A stretch of 32,000 nt of DNA from assembly GCA_041661045.1 (NCBI GenBank), contig JBAZVE010000001.1:780001-812000 (forward strand), read 5' to 3'. Under the pieces are notes generated by a model. The model did no database searches and had not been told where the DNA came from. It was given only the letters and a program-made list of their open reading frames with translations. Of this stretch, positions 1 to 8,118 are shown in pieces. How positions within the stretch are numbered: position 1 is the stretch's first letter; each line of letters begins with the position of its first letter. The position numbers and the translations under genes were made by a program. The stretch comes from Candidatus Saccharimonadota bacterium (GTDB taxonomy: Bacteria > Patescibacteriota > Gracilibacteria > UBA1369 > 2-02-FULL-48-14).

Positions 1-101
1 GCCGCTACTTCTTCAGTAACGGGCTCTTGTAAAACATCTTCTCGAGCGCTGAGTTCGGCAGCTCTTGTGTACTCCGTTCTGCCTGGGGCTTGATTTAGCA
101 T

Positions 102-130
102 TTGACAAGCAAGTTAATATGTTATATGCT
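102..130 (+). promoter_or_regulatory. candidate sigma70-type promoter for the 162..1169 gene
   Basis: TTGACA at 102-107, 17-nt spacer, TATGCT at 125-130, about 30 nt upstream of the ATG at 162. Motif match only. Confidence 0.3.
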
Positions 131-161
131 CCTGAGCTAGCAACTATAACTCCCTTATCCA

Positions 162-1169
162 ATGGAAACAAGCCAATTTGATTACTCAAAGCGAACTCTC
201 GACAGAGCTAATAAGGGATTGATGGATTCAGAATACCGAGGAGTTCCCGGGGTTAAAGAATTCCGCGGAGAGCAAGCTGGACCTTCTGATCCAGTATTGT
301 TCATTGGTACTCATACTCATGGAGATGAACCCGGATCAGGTGCGATTCTCCCTGCACTTATGAGTGGAAAAGTTCAACTGGAGCGAGGTCGTGTGATTGT
401 AGCGGCCAATAATCTTGCTGCAGCGCGAAACGGAAAGCGTGTGATACCTGGTGGATTGAATTACAACCGTCTTCCCGCAGATGATGTTCTAGCTCAAGCT
501 CATGTGAATAATCCTTCTGTGGATATTCAAAGAATGCGAGCGTTGGCACAAGCAGGTTTACTTGAAGCAACACACGGTTTGGATCTCCATACTATCCCTC
601 ATTCAAAGATTCCTGGATTTAAACTCCACGAGAAGGGTGATCCTGCTTTTGCAAATGCTATTGGTCTTGAAACTTTTATTGCTGACATCACCAACAACCA
701 GTTTGATGCAGAGAATCCTACTGGACCTAAGACTGTGGCTTTTGGAAACTACATCGGAGGTTTGCATAATCCTATTCCAGTTGCTGAAATAGAAGGAGGA
801 GGTAAAGAAACCCCTCGAGTGCGTCAAACCGTTGCTCAAGGAACGCTTTCTGTTATGGCTCAATTGGGAATGATTGATCCTAGCCGTTATGGATTAAAGT
901 CAAGAGAAATGGAACAACGCTTATACACGGTTACCGACTGGGCTTGGGCACCTGCTGGCTATACTATGGCTCGCGAATTCGAACCTTATGCGGAAGTACA
1001 AGAAGGAGAGCCTGTAATGATTGACGCTACTGAACAAGGGCGGTCACCAATCTTGGCTCCTAGAAGGGGGCACTTGATTATGCCACCCCCATTTGGGAAA
1101 CCTCTCGAGGGAAATGATGACTGGTGGTATTCAGCTCCAGTAGAAGTGAGCCGACAGATGGTGCTTTAA
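162..1169 (+). CDS. succinylglutamate desuccinylase/aspartoacylase (AstE/AspA, M14-like zinc deacylase) family protein
   Basis: 335-aa ORF. 'GTHTHGDEPGSG' fits the HxxE zinc-ligand motif (HGNE-type) of this family, and 'GLDLHT' fits the distal His ligand. Confidence 0.6.
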   Translation: METSQFDYSKRTLDRANKGLMDSEYRGVPGVKEFRGEQAGPSDPVLFIGTHTHGDEPGSGAILPALMSGKVQLERGRVIVAANNLAAARNGKRVIPGGLNYNRLPADDVLAQAHVNNPSVDIQRMRALAQAGLLEATHGLDLHTIPHSKIPGFKLHEKGDPAFANAIGLETFIADITNNQFDAENPTGPKTVAFGNYIGGLHNPIPVAEIEGGGKETPRVRQTVAQGTLSVMAQLGMIDPSRYGLKSREMEQRLYTVTDWAWAPAGYTMAREFEPYAEVQEGEPVMIDATEQGRSPILAPRRGHLIMPPPFGKPLEGNDDWWYSAPVEVSRQMVL

Positions 1170-2701
1170 ACTTCTGGAATCTCTATACAAGGTTCAGCCT
1201 TATCGTGAAGTCCGATCATGGTGTTGAGGTCCTTCTCGGTTATCGATTCCAAATCGGGGTCCCATTCGGATTTGTCGTAGGAGATTTTGTACATTTCAGG
1301 CATCAGTGGGGTCAGGGCTTCTTCGAAAGTGATTTGTTTGGCGGAATCTACCAGGCGTTGCCAGCTGTCCTCCTTACCATAAAGAATTAAATCGGGGCCA
1401 CTGGCCAGGGCTACCTCGTGATCGCCATATTCCATAAAGGCAAAGCTGAGTCCGTCACAGATTTCCTTGGTTTGAGCCCGAGCGCAGACTTCAATACTGC
1501 GGTAATTCCCAATATCTACATTCATTTTAATGTATCCGTTCTTCATGTGAGTGAGGTAGTTCACTTGGTTGAATCCCCCAAGACATTTCACGCCGTAGTA
1601 AAAAGAAACGGTTGAAAAAGCCAGTAAGAGACCTGGGATAAGTTCTTTTTCTTCCATGGCTTTTTGAATAATTTCTGGCTTGAGTTCGATCTTGTAAGAT
1701 TCATCTTTGGAAACCAAGAAATTGCCCTTTCTCCAGAGTTGAAGATTGTGTTTGCTCCCTTTGGGCAGGGCCCAGAACAGATAGGTTCCTGATTCATCGG
1801 CTCGTGAGAAAGATCCAAAAATCCCTTCAAAGTACTGATTGATGTAGGGTTCGTAAGTGGGGTCAAAGAGGATGTGGTTTAAGATGGTGTCTTGATTGAG
1901 GTGATGCTTGATGAGCAGGCGGACGACAATATCCTCCAATTCCAGGTAAACCAGGTTGGGGAGTTTCACCTTGCTGGCTTCGAAGAGTCGTGGCCAAAGT
2001 TTGAAATTGGTTTTGCTGATTTGCTCTGTGTAAGTACTTGAGTTGTACACTTCGGGTTGGTCGTAGACTTCTTTCATGAGCTGACTCATTTTTTCATATT
2101 CCATAGAGCCAATCTCAGCTTTATCGAGCTTGATTTTGAGTTCTTTTAGAATTTTTTCCACTTCTACCTTGGTATATGGAGGGAGGGTGTAAACAGCGGC
2201 GGGGCGAGTGTTGGCGGAGAAGAAAGACATGCGGTGAGTTTGCAGTTTTCCTTCTCGTACATTGTGAAAAAAGAGTCCACGGGGAAAGGAAGAATTGTCC
2301 ACGGAAATATTGGCGCAAGCCAGCACTATGACATTTTGAATCGCAGAGTCTGAATGATCAGCCATGGCTGCTGCCGTCAGCAAATTGGAATTCAAAAAGA
2401 AGGGGTGGGTGATGGGGCCATCGTGATCGGCGGTAGAAACGAAATAGTATTTCTTAAGCTGATTGACCACGGAATCTGCCAATTTCTTACCAAAACGGGC
2501 TTCCACTACTTCCGCTATTACACCCAGGAATTCATTTTGTCTTCGAGGAATGGTAGGGGGCAGGTTCACATCCACATAATCATGGGAGTATTCGAAGAGT
2601 TTTTTTGAACCTCGTTTCTTTAGAATGGCGTTAAGTACAGGTCTTTTTATAAGCACCTTCTCTTTTAAGCGTGCAAATCGGTCCCTTAAGTCGTCCTGCA
2701 T
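1166..2701 (-). CDS. hypothetical protein, 511 aa, no family recognised
   Basis: Long uninterrupted ORF with ordinary globular composition. No catalytic or nucleotide-binding motif I can name. Its stop overlaps the stop of the convergent gene within TTAA. Confidence 0.6.
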   Translation of the reverse strand: MQDDLRDRFARLKEKVLIKRPVLNAILKKRGSKKLFEYSHDYVDVNLPPTIPRRQNEFLGVIAEVVEARFGKKLADSVVNQLKKYYFVSTADHDGPITHPFFLNSNLLTAAAMADHSDSAIQNVIVLACANISVDNSSFPRGLFFHNVREGKLQTHRMSFFSANTRPAAVYTLPPYTKVEVEKILKELKIKLDKAEIGSMEYEKMSQLMKEVYDQPEVYNSSTYTEQISKTNFKLWPRLFEASKVKLPNLVYLELEDIVVRLLIKHHLNQDTILNHILFDPTYEPYINQYFEGIFGSFSRADESGTYLFWALPKGSKHNLQLWRKGNFLVSKDESYKIELKPEIIQKAMEEKELIPGLLLAFSTVSFYYGVKCLGGFNQVNYLTHMKNGYIKMNVDIGNYRSIEVCARAQTKEICDGLSFAFMEYGDHEVALASGPDLILYGKEDSWQRLVDSAKQITFEEALTPLMPEMYKISYDKSEWDPDLESITEKDLNTMIGLHDKAEPCIEIPEV

Positions 2702-2793
2702 AGACTCGTTCGCTTTTAGATGGAGGTAATTTAGACCATTTTAAAGAAAGATGCAAAGGGGTTGGCTAAAGCACTTGCATCGGGGTGGGCGAC

Positions 2794-2821
2794 TTGACTT
2801 TTTTGTTAATTATATTATACT
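2794..2821 (+). promoter_or_regulatory. candidate sigma70-type promoter for the 2841..3329 gene
   Basis: TTGACT at 2794-2799, 16-nt spacer, TATACT at 2816-2821, within an AT-rich intergenic region 19 nt upstream of the ATG. Confidence 0.45.
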
Positions 2822-2840
2822 TAAAATACTAACCCTTTAA

Positions 2841-3329
2841 ATGATGAGTAACAAAGAAGCTGTCTCAGGAGCTCCTGAAGTTCAAACTGGTGTCTTGGAA
2901 GCTTCGATTTGGAAGGTTCTGTTGTTGACTCCATATATAGGAGAAGCTCAGACTCAGGGAGTGCTTCAGTTCTTGAGTAGAGAAATTACAATAAACGGTA
3001 AATCTTATTTAATTGAACAGCGGAGTGAGCATGGGCCTGGATATAGCGGATATGATTTACTTACGGTTACAGATACTTCCAGTGGAGGGGTTACTGTAAA
3101 GATTGGTGTAGCTTATGTGGCTGTTGATGTTGGTGGGGAACGGGTTTATACAAGGACTGGTGATCAAGTTGTTGGAGATGTAGCTTTGGCTGCATGCATT
3201 GTTGATGCAATGGTAAGCGATTTCACTGATTATGGGGCACGGAAACATCCAGTGGAGGCAACGAAAAATATAGCAAGCCAGTTGGGTCATGAGTTTAAGC
3301 GCTTGATAGACGGAGCTTCTCAAGATTAA
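2841..3329 (+). CDS. hypothetical protein, 162 aa
   Basis: ORF preceded by a good promoter match. No recognisable motif. Visibly more AT-rich than rlmN next door. Confidence 0.5.
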   Translation: MMSNKEAVSGAPEVQTGVLEASIWKVLLLTPYIGEAQTQGVLQFLSREITINGKSYLIEQRSEHGPGYSGYDLLTVTDTSSGGVTVKIGVAYVAVDVGGERVYTRTGDQVVGDVALAACIVDAMVSDFTDYGARKHPVEATKNIASQLGHEFKRLIDGASQD

Positions 3330-4408
3330 GCTCCCTTCTTCCCGCCCAGCACTATCAATTGGCCGCAGGCGGCGGCGATGTCGTCGCCCATGGTTTTGCG
3401 GAGGGTGACGGGGACGCCGCGGGATTCGAGGATGGCTTTGAAGCGGTCGATTTGGGCACGGGTGGAGCGCTCGAGGCCGATGTCGGTGAAGTTGTAAGGG
3501 ATCATGTTCACTTTGAGGGGCTCGTGGGCGTGGCGGCGGGTTTGGCTGAGTTCGCGGACCAGGTCGGCCAGGACTTCGGCGTGGTGGTCGGTGTCATTGA
3601 CAGCGCGCAGCATGACATATTCAAACGACAGGTGGTGGCGGCGGTTGCCGTGGATCTGCTGGTAGCGTTGGATCCAGTCTTTGAGCTTGGGGATGAACTC
3701 TTCAAAAGAGCTGGGCACGATTTCCTTACGGGTGATGGGATCGGCGCTGTGAAGGGAAATGGCGAGGCGGGCATCGGGCCAGTCGGGATCGATGAGGATT
3801 TTTTCGAGTATGGGGAGCACACCCACGGTGGAAACCACGATATGAGTGGGGCCCAGATCGGTGTTTTTGAGCCAGGTGTGGATGGTCTTTTTTACATTTT
3901 CATAATTGGCGAGTGGTTCGCCCATTCCCATGAACACCACATTGGAAATGCGCTGCTCGCCCTGGAGTTCGGCGGCGATGAAATGCTGCCAAAATCGATA
4001 TTGATCGGTGATCTCGTCGCTGGTCAGGCTGCGGAGCAGACCCATTTTTCCGGTGGCGCAAAAAGTGCAGGCCATGGCACAGCCAACCTGGGACGATACA
4101 CAAATGGTCCAATCACCTCGTTTGTTTTCCATGAGCACGGTTTCCACTTTTTGTCCGTCCTCCAACTCGAGCAGGGCTTTGTGGGTATCCCCTTTGGCGC
4201 TGCGCATGATTTGGGAGCCCTTGTAGGCCAGCCAGGGAACTTGTTCCGCAAGAACTTCACGCATGGGCTTGGAAAGGTTGGTGATGTCCATCCACCCCTT
4301 TTTTTCAGGTTTAAAAAGGTTCTCTTCAATTTGCTTCCAACGAAAGGCCTTTTCATTTGGGAAAAGTTCGTGGAAGGCTTCGTAACGGGTTTTTATGGGG
4401 GTGAGCAT
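3326..4408 (-). CDS. rlmN: 23S rRNA (adenine2503-C2)/tRNA methyltransferase RlmN (radical SAM)
   Basis: Radical-SAM CxxxCxxC in 'GCAMACTFCATG', plus 'MGMGEPLANY' and 'MIPYN'. Start set to the ATG at 4408 (MLTPIKTRYE...), because the longer ORF to 4516 reads through the tRNA gene. Confidence 0.9.
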   Translation of the reverse strand: MLTPIKTRYEAFHELFPNEKAFRWKQIEENLFKPEKKGWMDITNLSKPMREVLAEQVPWLAYKGSQIMRSAKGDTHKALLELEDGQKVETVLMENKRGDWTICVSSQVGCAMACTFCATGKMGLLRSLTSDEITDQYRFWQHFIAAELQGEQRISNVVFMGMGEPLANYENVKKTIHTWLKNTDLGPTHIVVSTVGVLPILEKILIDPDWPDARLAISLHSADPITRKEIVPSSFEEFIPKLKDWIQRYQQIHGNRRHHLSFEYVMLRAVNDTDHHAEVLADLVRELSQTRRHAHEPLKVNMIPYNFTDIGLERSTRAQIDRFKAILESRGVPVTLRKTMGDDIAAACGQLIVLGGKKGA

Positions 4409-4418
4409 GAGTTTGAAT

Positions 4419-4495
4419 TGGTCGGAGTGGCGGGACTTGAACCCACGACCTCGGCGTTCCGAACGCCGCGCGCTAGCCAACTGCGCTACACCCCG
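4419..4495 (-). tRNA. tRNA-Pro (anticodon CGG), CCA encoded
   Basis: The reverse complement folds by hand as a cloverleaf. Acceptor CGGGGTG/CACTCCG; D arm GCGC/GCGC; anticodon stem CGGCG/CGCCG; anticodon loop TTCGGAA; T arm GTGGG-TTCAAGT-CCCGC; discriminator A followed by CCA. 77 nt. Confidence 0.9.
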
Positions 4496-4569
4496 ATGGG
4501 CCTCAGTGTAATGCAAAGTTCTTGAAGGGGGAAGGGGGATGAGTTAGGATTGTGTTTTAAAACAGGTTT

Positions 4570-5175
4570 ATGGAGGTGATGTTGGCCGTTCCGCTAGAGG
4601 GGCAACCGTATGAGCACTATGGGTGTGGGAAGCATTCTGCTGAGATGCTTTGGCGGTTTCGTGCGGGAGACAACATAAAGCTGCCTTGGAAGCATGTGGA
4701 TGAAGAAGGGCTGTGCCACAGTAAGGAAGCCGATGTGGATAATGATGATTTGGCGACTATCCTCATGCGACTTTTTGACTGCAGGGTGAGGCAGGGGGCT
4801 TGTATTCAGGAAATTGTGGAAGCCATTGATGAGGGTCACCCGGTTTTGATCAACTTCTTGATTCCCTATGATGAGGGGGATCCGAATTCAAAGAATCCGG
4901 ATGCGTGGCAATTCCATAATATAAAAGATTTTCCTTTGCCGAATGGAAAGCGTGCGGAGCATATGGATGGTCATTATTGCGTGGTGGTGGGGTATCGCGA
5001 AGAAGAGGGGGAACGATTGATTTTGATCCTCAATGATCCTTTGCGGGCGCGCATTGAAATTGCCGCGGAAGAGTTCCTCTGCCTGTGGCGTGCCTATTAT
5101 TCACACCATACCGCTTGGATGATTGTTGCGGGAGAGGTACGGGAGCACATCAAGGTGCTTGCAGTTCTTGGGTAG
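4570..5175 (+). CDS. C39-like (papain-fold) cysteine peptidase family protein, no signal peptide
   Basis: 'GQPYEHYGCGKHSAEML' gives the Gln and Cys-Gly nucleophile context. 'DGHYCVVVGY' gives the catalytic His and 'LNDP' the Asp. Order and spacing are typical of Peptidase_C39_2-type domains. Confidence 0.6.
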   Translation: MEVMLAVPLEGQPYEHYGCGKHSAEMLWRFRAGDNIKLPWKHVDEEGLCHSKEADVDNDDLATILMRLFDCRVRQGACIQEIVEAIDEGHPVLINFLIPYDEGDPNSKNPDAWQFHNIKDFPLPNGKRAEHMDGHYCVVVGYREEEGERLILILNDPLRARIEIAAEEFLCLWRAYYSHHTAWMIVAGEVREHIKVLAVLG

Positions 5176-5704
5176 CTGTTTGGTGCAGGTCGAAGAGAGC
5201 TTTTCGTTTGTCGCTGAGCTGGGTGCTTTGTTCTTCCGCGCCGGAGGCTTTGAGCTCTTCTAATCGGAAATTCATTTCATCCCCGTGTTCTTTCAGTTTT
5301 GCTTTGAGCTCGATTTTAGCCTTTTCGCTCAGTTTTCCTTGGGTGGAAAGTTCTTCGGCTTCGGCCATTCGGCGGGCCATCCGTTCCAAGTCCCATTCGG
5401 CTTTGGCTTCCGGGGTGAAACGGAAAAACTCTTGAACTTCCTCATTCACCTCCACTTTAATGGGATACAATGTGTCTCCGGGGAGGGAAGATTCGGCGGC
5501 ATAAGAAACTCCGCTGCTGAACACGGCAAGAATTCCGAGGCTTGCGGCCAAGGACATGGCCGGGCGGCGCATGGAACCAAAGAATCGGCTTAAGAAGCTC
5601 TTTTTTTCCATGAATGCAATGAATTCGCGGCGACCCTGTTCTTTTTCTTGAACGGTGAGTCGGACGATGCCGAGTGCGGTTTTGAGCGGATTAAGTTCTT
5701 TCAT
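5150..5704 (-). CDS. putative membrane anti-sigma factor (DUF5667-like) partner of the upstream ECF sigma
   Basis: 184 aa with one TM segment (SLAASLGILAVFSSGVSYA) and the 'LPGDTLYPIK' motif, followed by a charged helical region. Its start overlaps the sigma-factor stop by 14 nt. Confidence 0.55.
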   Translation of the reverse strand: MKELNPLKTALGIVRLTVQEKEQGRREFIAFMEKKSFLSRFFGSMRRPAMSLAASLGILAVFSSGVSYAAESSLPGDTLYPIKVEVNEEVQEFFRFTPEAKAEWDLERMARRMAEAEELSTQGKLSEKAKIELKAKLKEHGDEMNFRLEELKASGAEEQSTQLSDKRKALFDLHQTATQELQAP

Positions 5705-6209
5705 GGTGTTTAAAGTGTTTACGGAGTTCTTTCATGGCCCGGTTGAGCCGTACGGAGACTAAATTTGGACTGATCCCTAGAATCTCGGCGGTTTGGTTCA
5801 AGGGGAGGTCTTGCAGATAATGGAGGGTGAGGACTTCGCGGTATTCTTCTTTCAGGAGGTCTAGACTCTTGAGCGCTTCTTTGGCATCCAGCTGATCTTT
5901 CATTTGCTTGCTGTGGTCTTCTCCGGGTTCCAGTCCCGCTTCCACAAGATCTTCGAGGGAAGCTGCTTTTTTGGATCCGGGGCGACGACTGTGGTCGATG
6001 ATGAGGTTGGTCGCAATCTTGTAGAGCAGCGCTCTTAGATTTTCGATGTCTCCTTCGCCCGTTTCCCCATAATGCTTCCAGGCTTTCATGAACGATTCTT
6101 GCATGAGCTCCTTGGCCAGCTCCCTGTCGTAGACTCGGATGAAGCAGTGTCTAAAGATGGCATCCGCATACTTGTCGTACGCCTCGGCAAACTTCTCTTG
6201 AGTCGACAT
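5691..6209 (-). CDS. ECF-type RNA polymerase sigma-70 family factor
   Basis: 172 aa. Region 2 resembles 'DAIFRHCFIRVYDRELAKELMQESFMKAW'. Region 4 HTH is 'LNQTAEILGISPNLVSVRLNRAMKELR'. Confidence 0.85.
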   Translation of the reverse strand: MSTQEKFAEAYDKYADAIFRHCFIRVYDRELAKELMQESFMKAWKHYGETGEGDIENLRALLYKIATNLIIDHSRRPGSKKAASLEDLVEAGLEPGEDHSKQMKDQLDAKEALKSLDLLKEEYREVLTLHYLQDLPLNQTAEILGISPNLVSVRLNRAMKELRKHFKHHERT

Positions 6210-6274
6210 AAAATGCCTAACATTAGGTGTAACGCCAGCCTAGCAAAAATCTTACAAGAAAAGAAGAGACTTGG

Positions 6275-6283
6275 TGCTATACT
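6275..6283 (+). promoter_or_regulatory. extended -10 element (TGcTATACT) for ldh
   Basis: TGCTATACT at 6275-6283, 22 nt upstream of the ATG at 6306. No clear -35. Confidence 0.4.
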
Positions 6284-6305
6284 GGATCCATCTAGCCAAT
6301 ATACC

Positions 6306-7265
6306 ATGCCCAACGCTTGCACTCTTCCTTCTTTTCAAACGCAATTCAAAGTGACCGTGATTGGGGCGGGGAATGTCGGGGCCACGGCGGCTTATGCCAT
6401 GCTCATGGATGGGACTCCGACGGAGTTGGTGCTTTTGGATCGTAACAAAGAGAAGGCGGAGGGCTTGGTCCTCGACATGGAACATTCGATGTCTTTCCTC
6501 AATTACACAAAAGTGCTGGGGACGGATGATTATGCTTATGCGAAAAATTCCCACTTGGTTGTGATTACGGCGGGGGCTCGGCAACAGCCGGGTGAGACGC
6601 GTTTGGATCTGATTGCCAAGAACCGCGCCATTTTAAAAGACATTGCCGGCAAAATCATAAAAGTTTCGCCCAAGGCGATTTTTGTTTTGGTGAGCAACCC
6701 TGTGGATGTTTTGACTTATGAGTTTTATAAAATGACGAAATTGCCTTGGGGCCGGGTTTTTGGAACGGGAACCATGCTCGACACCGCACGCCTGCGTTTT
6801 CATCTTTCGGAGCAACTGTGTTTGAGCTCAAAAAGTGTGGAGGCCTTTGTTTTGGGGGAGCACGGCGACACCTCTTTCCCGGTGTGGAGCAGTGCCAATG
6901 TGGGTGGGATGCCGCTGGCCAAGATGCCCGGATTCACAAAAAGCATGGCGAGCGCATCTTACAAAGACACGCGCGAGGCGGCGTATCGCATCATTCATGA
7001 TGTGGGCTACACCTGTTATTCGATTGGAACGGTGATCAAGGAGCTGATGGTGCATGTGTTCCAACACTCACGGATTGTTTTGCCCCTTTCGATTCCCCTT
7101 GAAAAAGGCCATCGCTTTGGGGGAGTGGAGGGCGTGGCGCTCAGCGTTCCATGTGTGCTCGACAGCACGGGCGTGACCCAAATCATTGAACTTCCCCTGA
7201 ATGGACTCGAAAAGAAACAACTTAAAAAATCAGCCGCAACTTTGAAGGCTTATTTAAAGAAGTGA
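6306..7265 (+). CDS. ldh: L-lactate dehydrogenase
   Basis: Rossmann motif 'KVTVIGAGNVGAT'. 'GARQQPGETRLDL' has Gln at the substrate-discriminating position, as in LDH rather than MDH. Also 'GEHGDTSFPVWS'. Start moved from 6072 to the ATG at 6306 (MPNACTLPSFQTQFKVTVIG) because the upstream part overlaps the sigma gene. Confidence 0.85.
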   Translation: MPNACTLPSFQTQFKVTVIGAGNVGATAAYAMLMDGTPTELVLLDRNKEKAEGLVLDMEHSMSFLNYTKVLGTDDYAYAKNSHLVVITAGARQQPGETRLDLIAKNRAILKDIAGKIIKVSPKAIFVLVSNPVDVLTYEFYKMTKLPWGRVFGTGTMLDTARLRFHLSEQLCLSSKSVEAFVLGEHGDTSFPVWSSANVGGMPLAKMPGFTKSMASASYKDTREAAYRIIHDVGYTCYSIGTVIKELMVHVFQHSRIVLPLSIPLEKGHRFGGVEGVALSVPCVLDSTGVTQIIELPLNGLEKKQLKKSAATLKAYLKK

Positions 7266-7269
7266 GGGT

Positions 7270-7458
7270 TTAGAACTCGTCGGTGCTTTGAGGGGGGAGA
7301 CTTTCAACTCCAGCTACGCGCGTGCGCGTCTTTAGTATGAGAGGGTGTGCACTTGCATCCAGGTCCCATGTTTTTTCGATACCCTTTGGAGGGGTGGGAA
7401 ACTCATAGGGTTCTTCTTCTACGGCATCTGGATCTGGAAATCCTGTGAGTAGAGTCAT
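7270..7458 (-). CDS. small acidic/Pro-rich hypothetical protein (62 aa)
   Basis: ORF with a strong promoter match immediately upstream (next feature). No homology recognised. Confidence 0.35.
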   Translation of the reverse strand: MTLLTGFPDPDAVEEEPYEFPTPPKGIEKTWDLDASAHPLILKTRTRVAGVESLPPQSTDEF

Positions 7459-7479
7459 GCGATCTTTTTAAGAGACCGC

Positions 7480-7509
7480 ATATTACGGGCTGATGCTGGC
7501 TTTTGTCAA
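7480..7509 (-). promoter_or_regulatory. candidate sigma70-type promoter for the 62-aa ORF
   Basis: On the minus strand: TTGACA (plus-strand 7504-7509), 18-nt spacer, TAATAT (7480-7485), 21 nt upstream of the ATG at 7458. Confidence 0.4.
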
Positions 7510-7583
7510 GAAAAGCGCGAATATGAAAGAGAATGGCTTATTTAAGCCATGAATTGAGGCAAAATCTGTGCCCGGGCAAGGAT

Positions 7584-7976
7584 TTACTCGGGCTTGGTGT
7601 ATTGAGAGAGGCCCAAAATGTTGCCTTCGGAATCTTTGAACCAAGCGAGGTAACCCATGGAGCCGCCTTCGCCAAGAGGAGTTTTGGCACGGACCACGGC
7701 GCCGCCGTTTTTTACGATTTGCTCCAGAGTTTCGTCAATGTTGTCCACATCCATGTAAAACATGGGGTGAGGCATCTCCGGATCGCGCTTGCTGCATCCA
7801 CCATTGATGAAACCGGGCTCGCTGGGCTGCATTTGCTCGTTGATCGGTCCAGTCTGCCAACTGGTGTAGCCGAACTGTTCCCACTCGGTAGGCTTCCATC
7901 CAAAAACACCCTCATAGAATTTCTTTGCTCGTTCTTTGTCGTCCCAGGGGAATTCAAAATGTACGACTTTGTTCAT
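7584..7976 (-). CDS. VOC (glyoxalase/bleomycin-resistance fold) family protein
   Basis: 'MNKVVHFEFPWDDKERAKKFYEGVFGWK' is a typical VOC N-terminus and 'WFKDSEGNILGL' a typical C-terminal strand. The start is either the ATG at 7976 or the one at 8006. Confidence 0.7.
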   Translation of the reverse strand: MNKVVHFEFPWDDKERAKKFYEGVFGWKPTEWEQFGYTSWQTGPINEQMQPSEPGFINGGCSKRDPEMPHPMFYMDVDNIDETLEQIVKNGGAVVRAKTPLGEGGSMGYLAWFKDSEGNILGLSQYTKPE

Positions 7977-8118
7977 GGGGGTGGGGTTAGGGAAATTCCA
8001 GTACATTTTACGACTGAATTGGGGGAAAAGCGAGAATGAGTGATGGTGTATGTCGCAAAAGGCCTTGGCGGTGAGTAGATGCTCACCTACAATGAGATTG
8101 TATTTAATTTCTCAACTT

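Noticed and set aside
1-101. Possible 5' end of a minus-strand gene (ATG at 101, open to the window edge, MLNQAPGRTEYTRAAELSAREDVLQEPVTEEVAA…)
   Set aside because: Only 33 codons are visible, with no motif and no start-site signal. Too little evidence to call.
3359-4525. 388-aa plus-strand ORF
   Set aside because: It is antisense to rlmN, which has unmistakable radical-SAM motifs. The product is a Gly/Ala/Val-rich low-complexity sequence typical of the reverse frame of a GC-rich gene, and it also reads through the tRNA.
6072-6305. Longer N-terminal extensions offered by the ORF track: ldh from 6072, RND from 23806, rlmN to 4516, GGDEF from 11643, and the TTG/GTG-initiated starts at 13925, 29163 and 29517
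   Set aside because: The extensions overlap neighbouring genes, promoters or a tRNA and add non-conserved sequence. Internal ATGs just upstream of the conserved N-terminal motifs, and downstream of promoter matches, are more plausible.
7533-8039. 168-aa plus-strand ORF
   Set aside because: Antisense to the VOC-family gene, which has recognisable family motifs.
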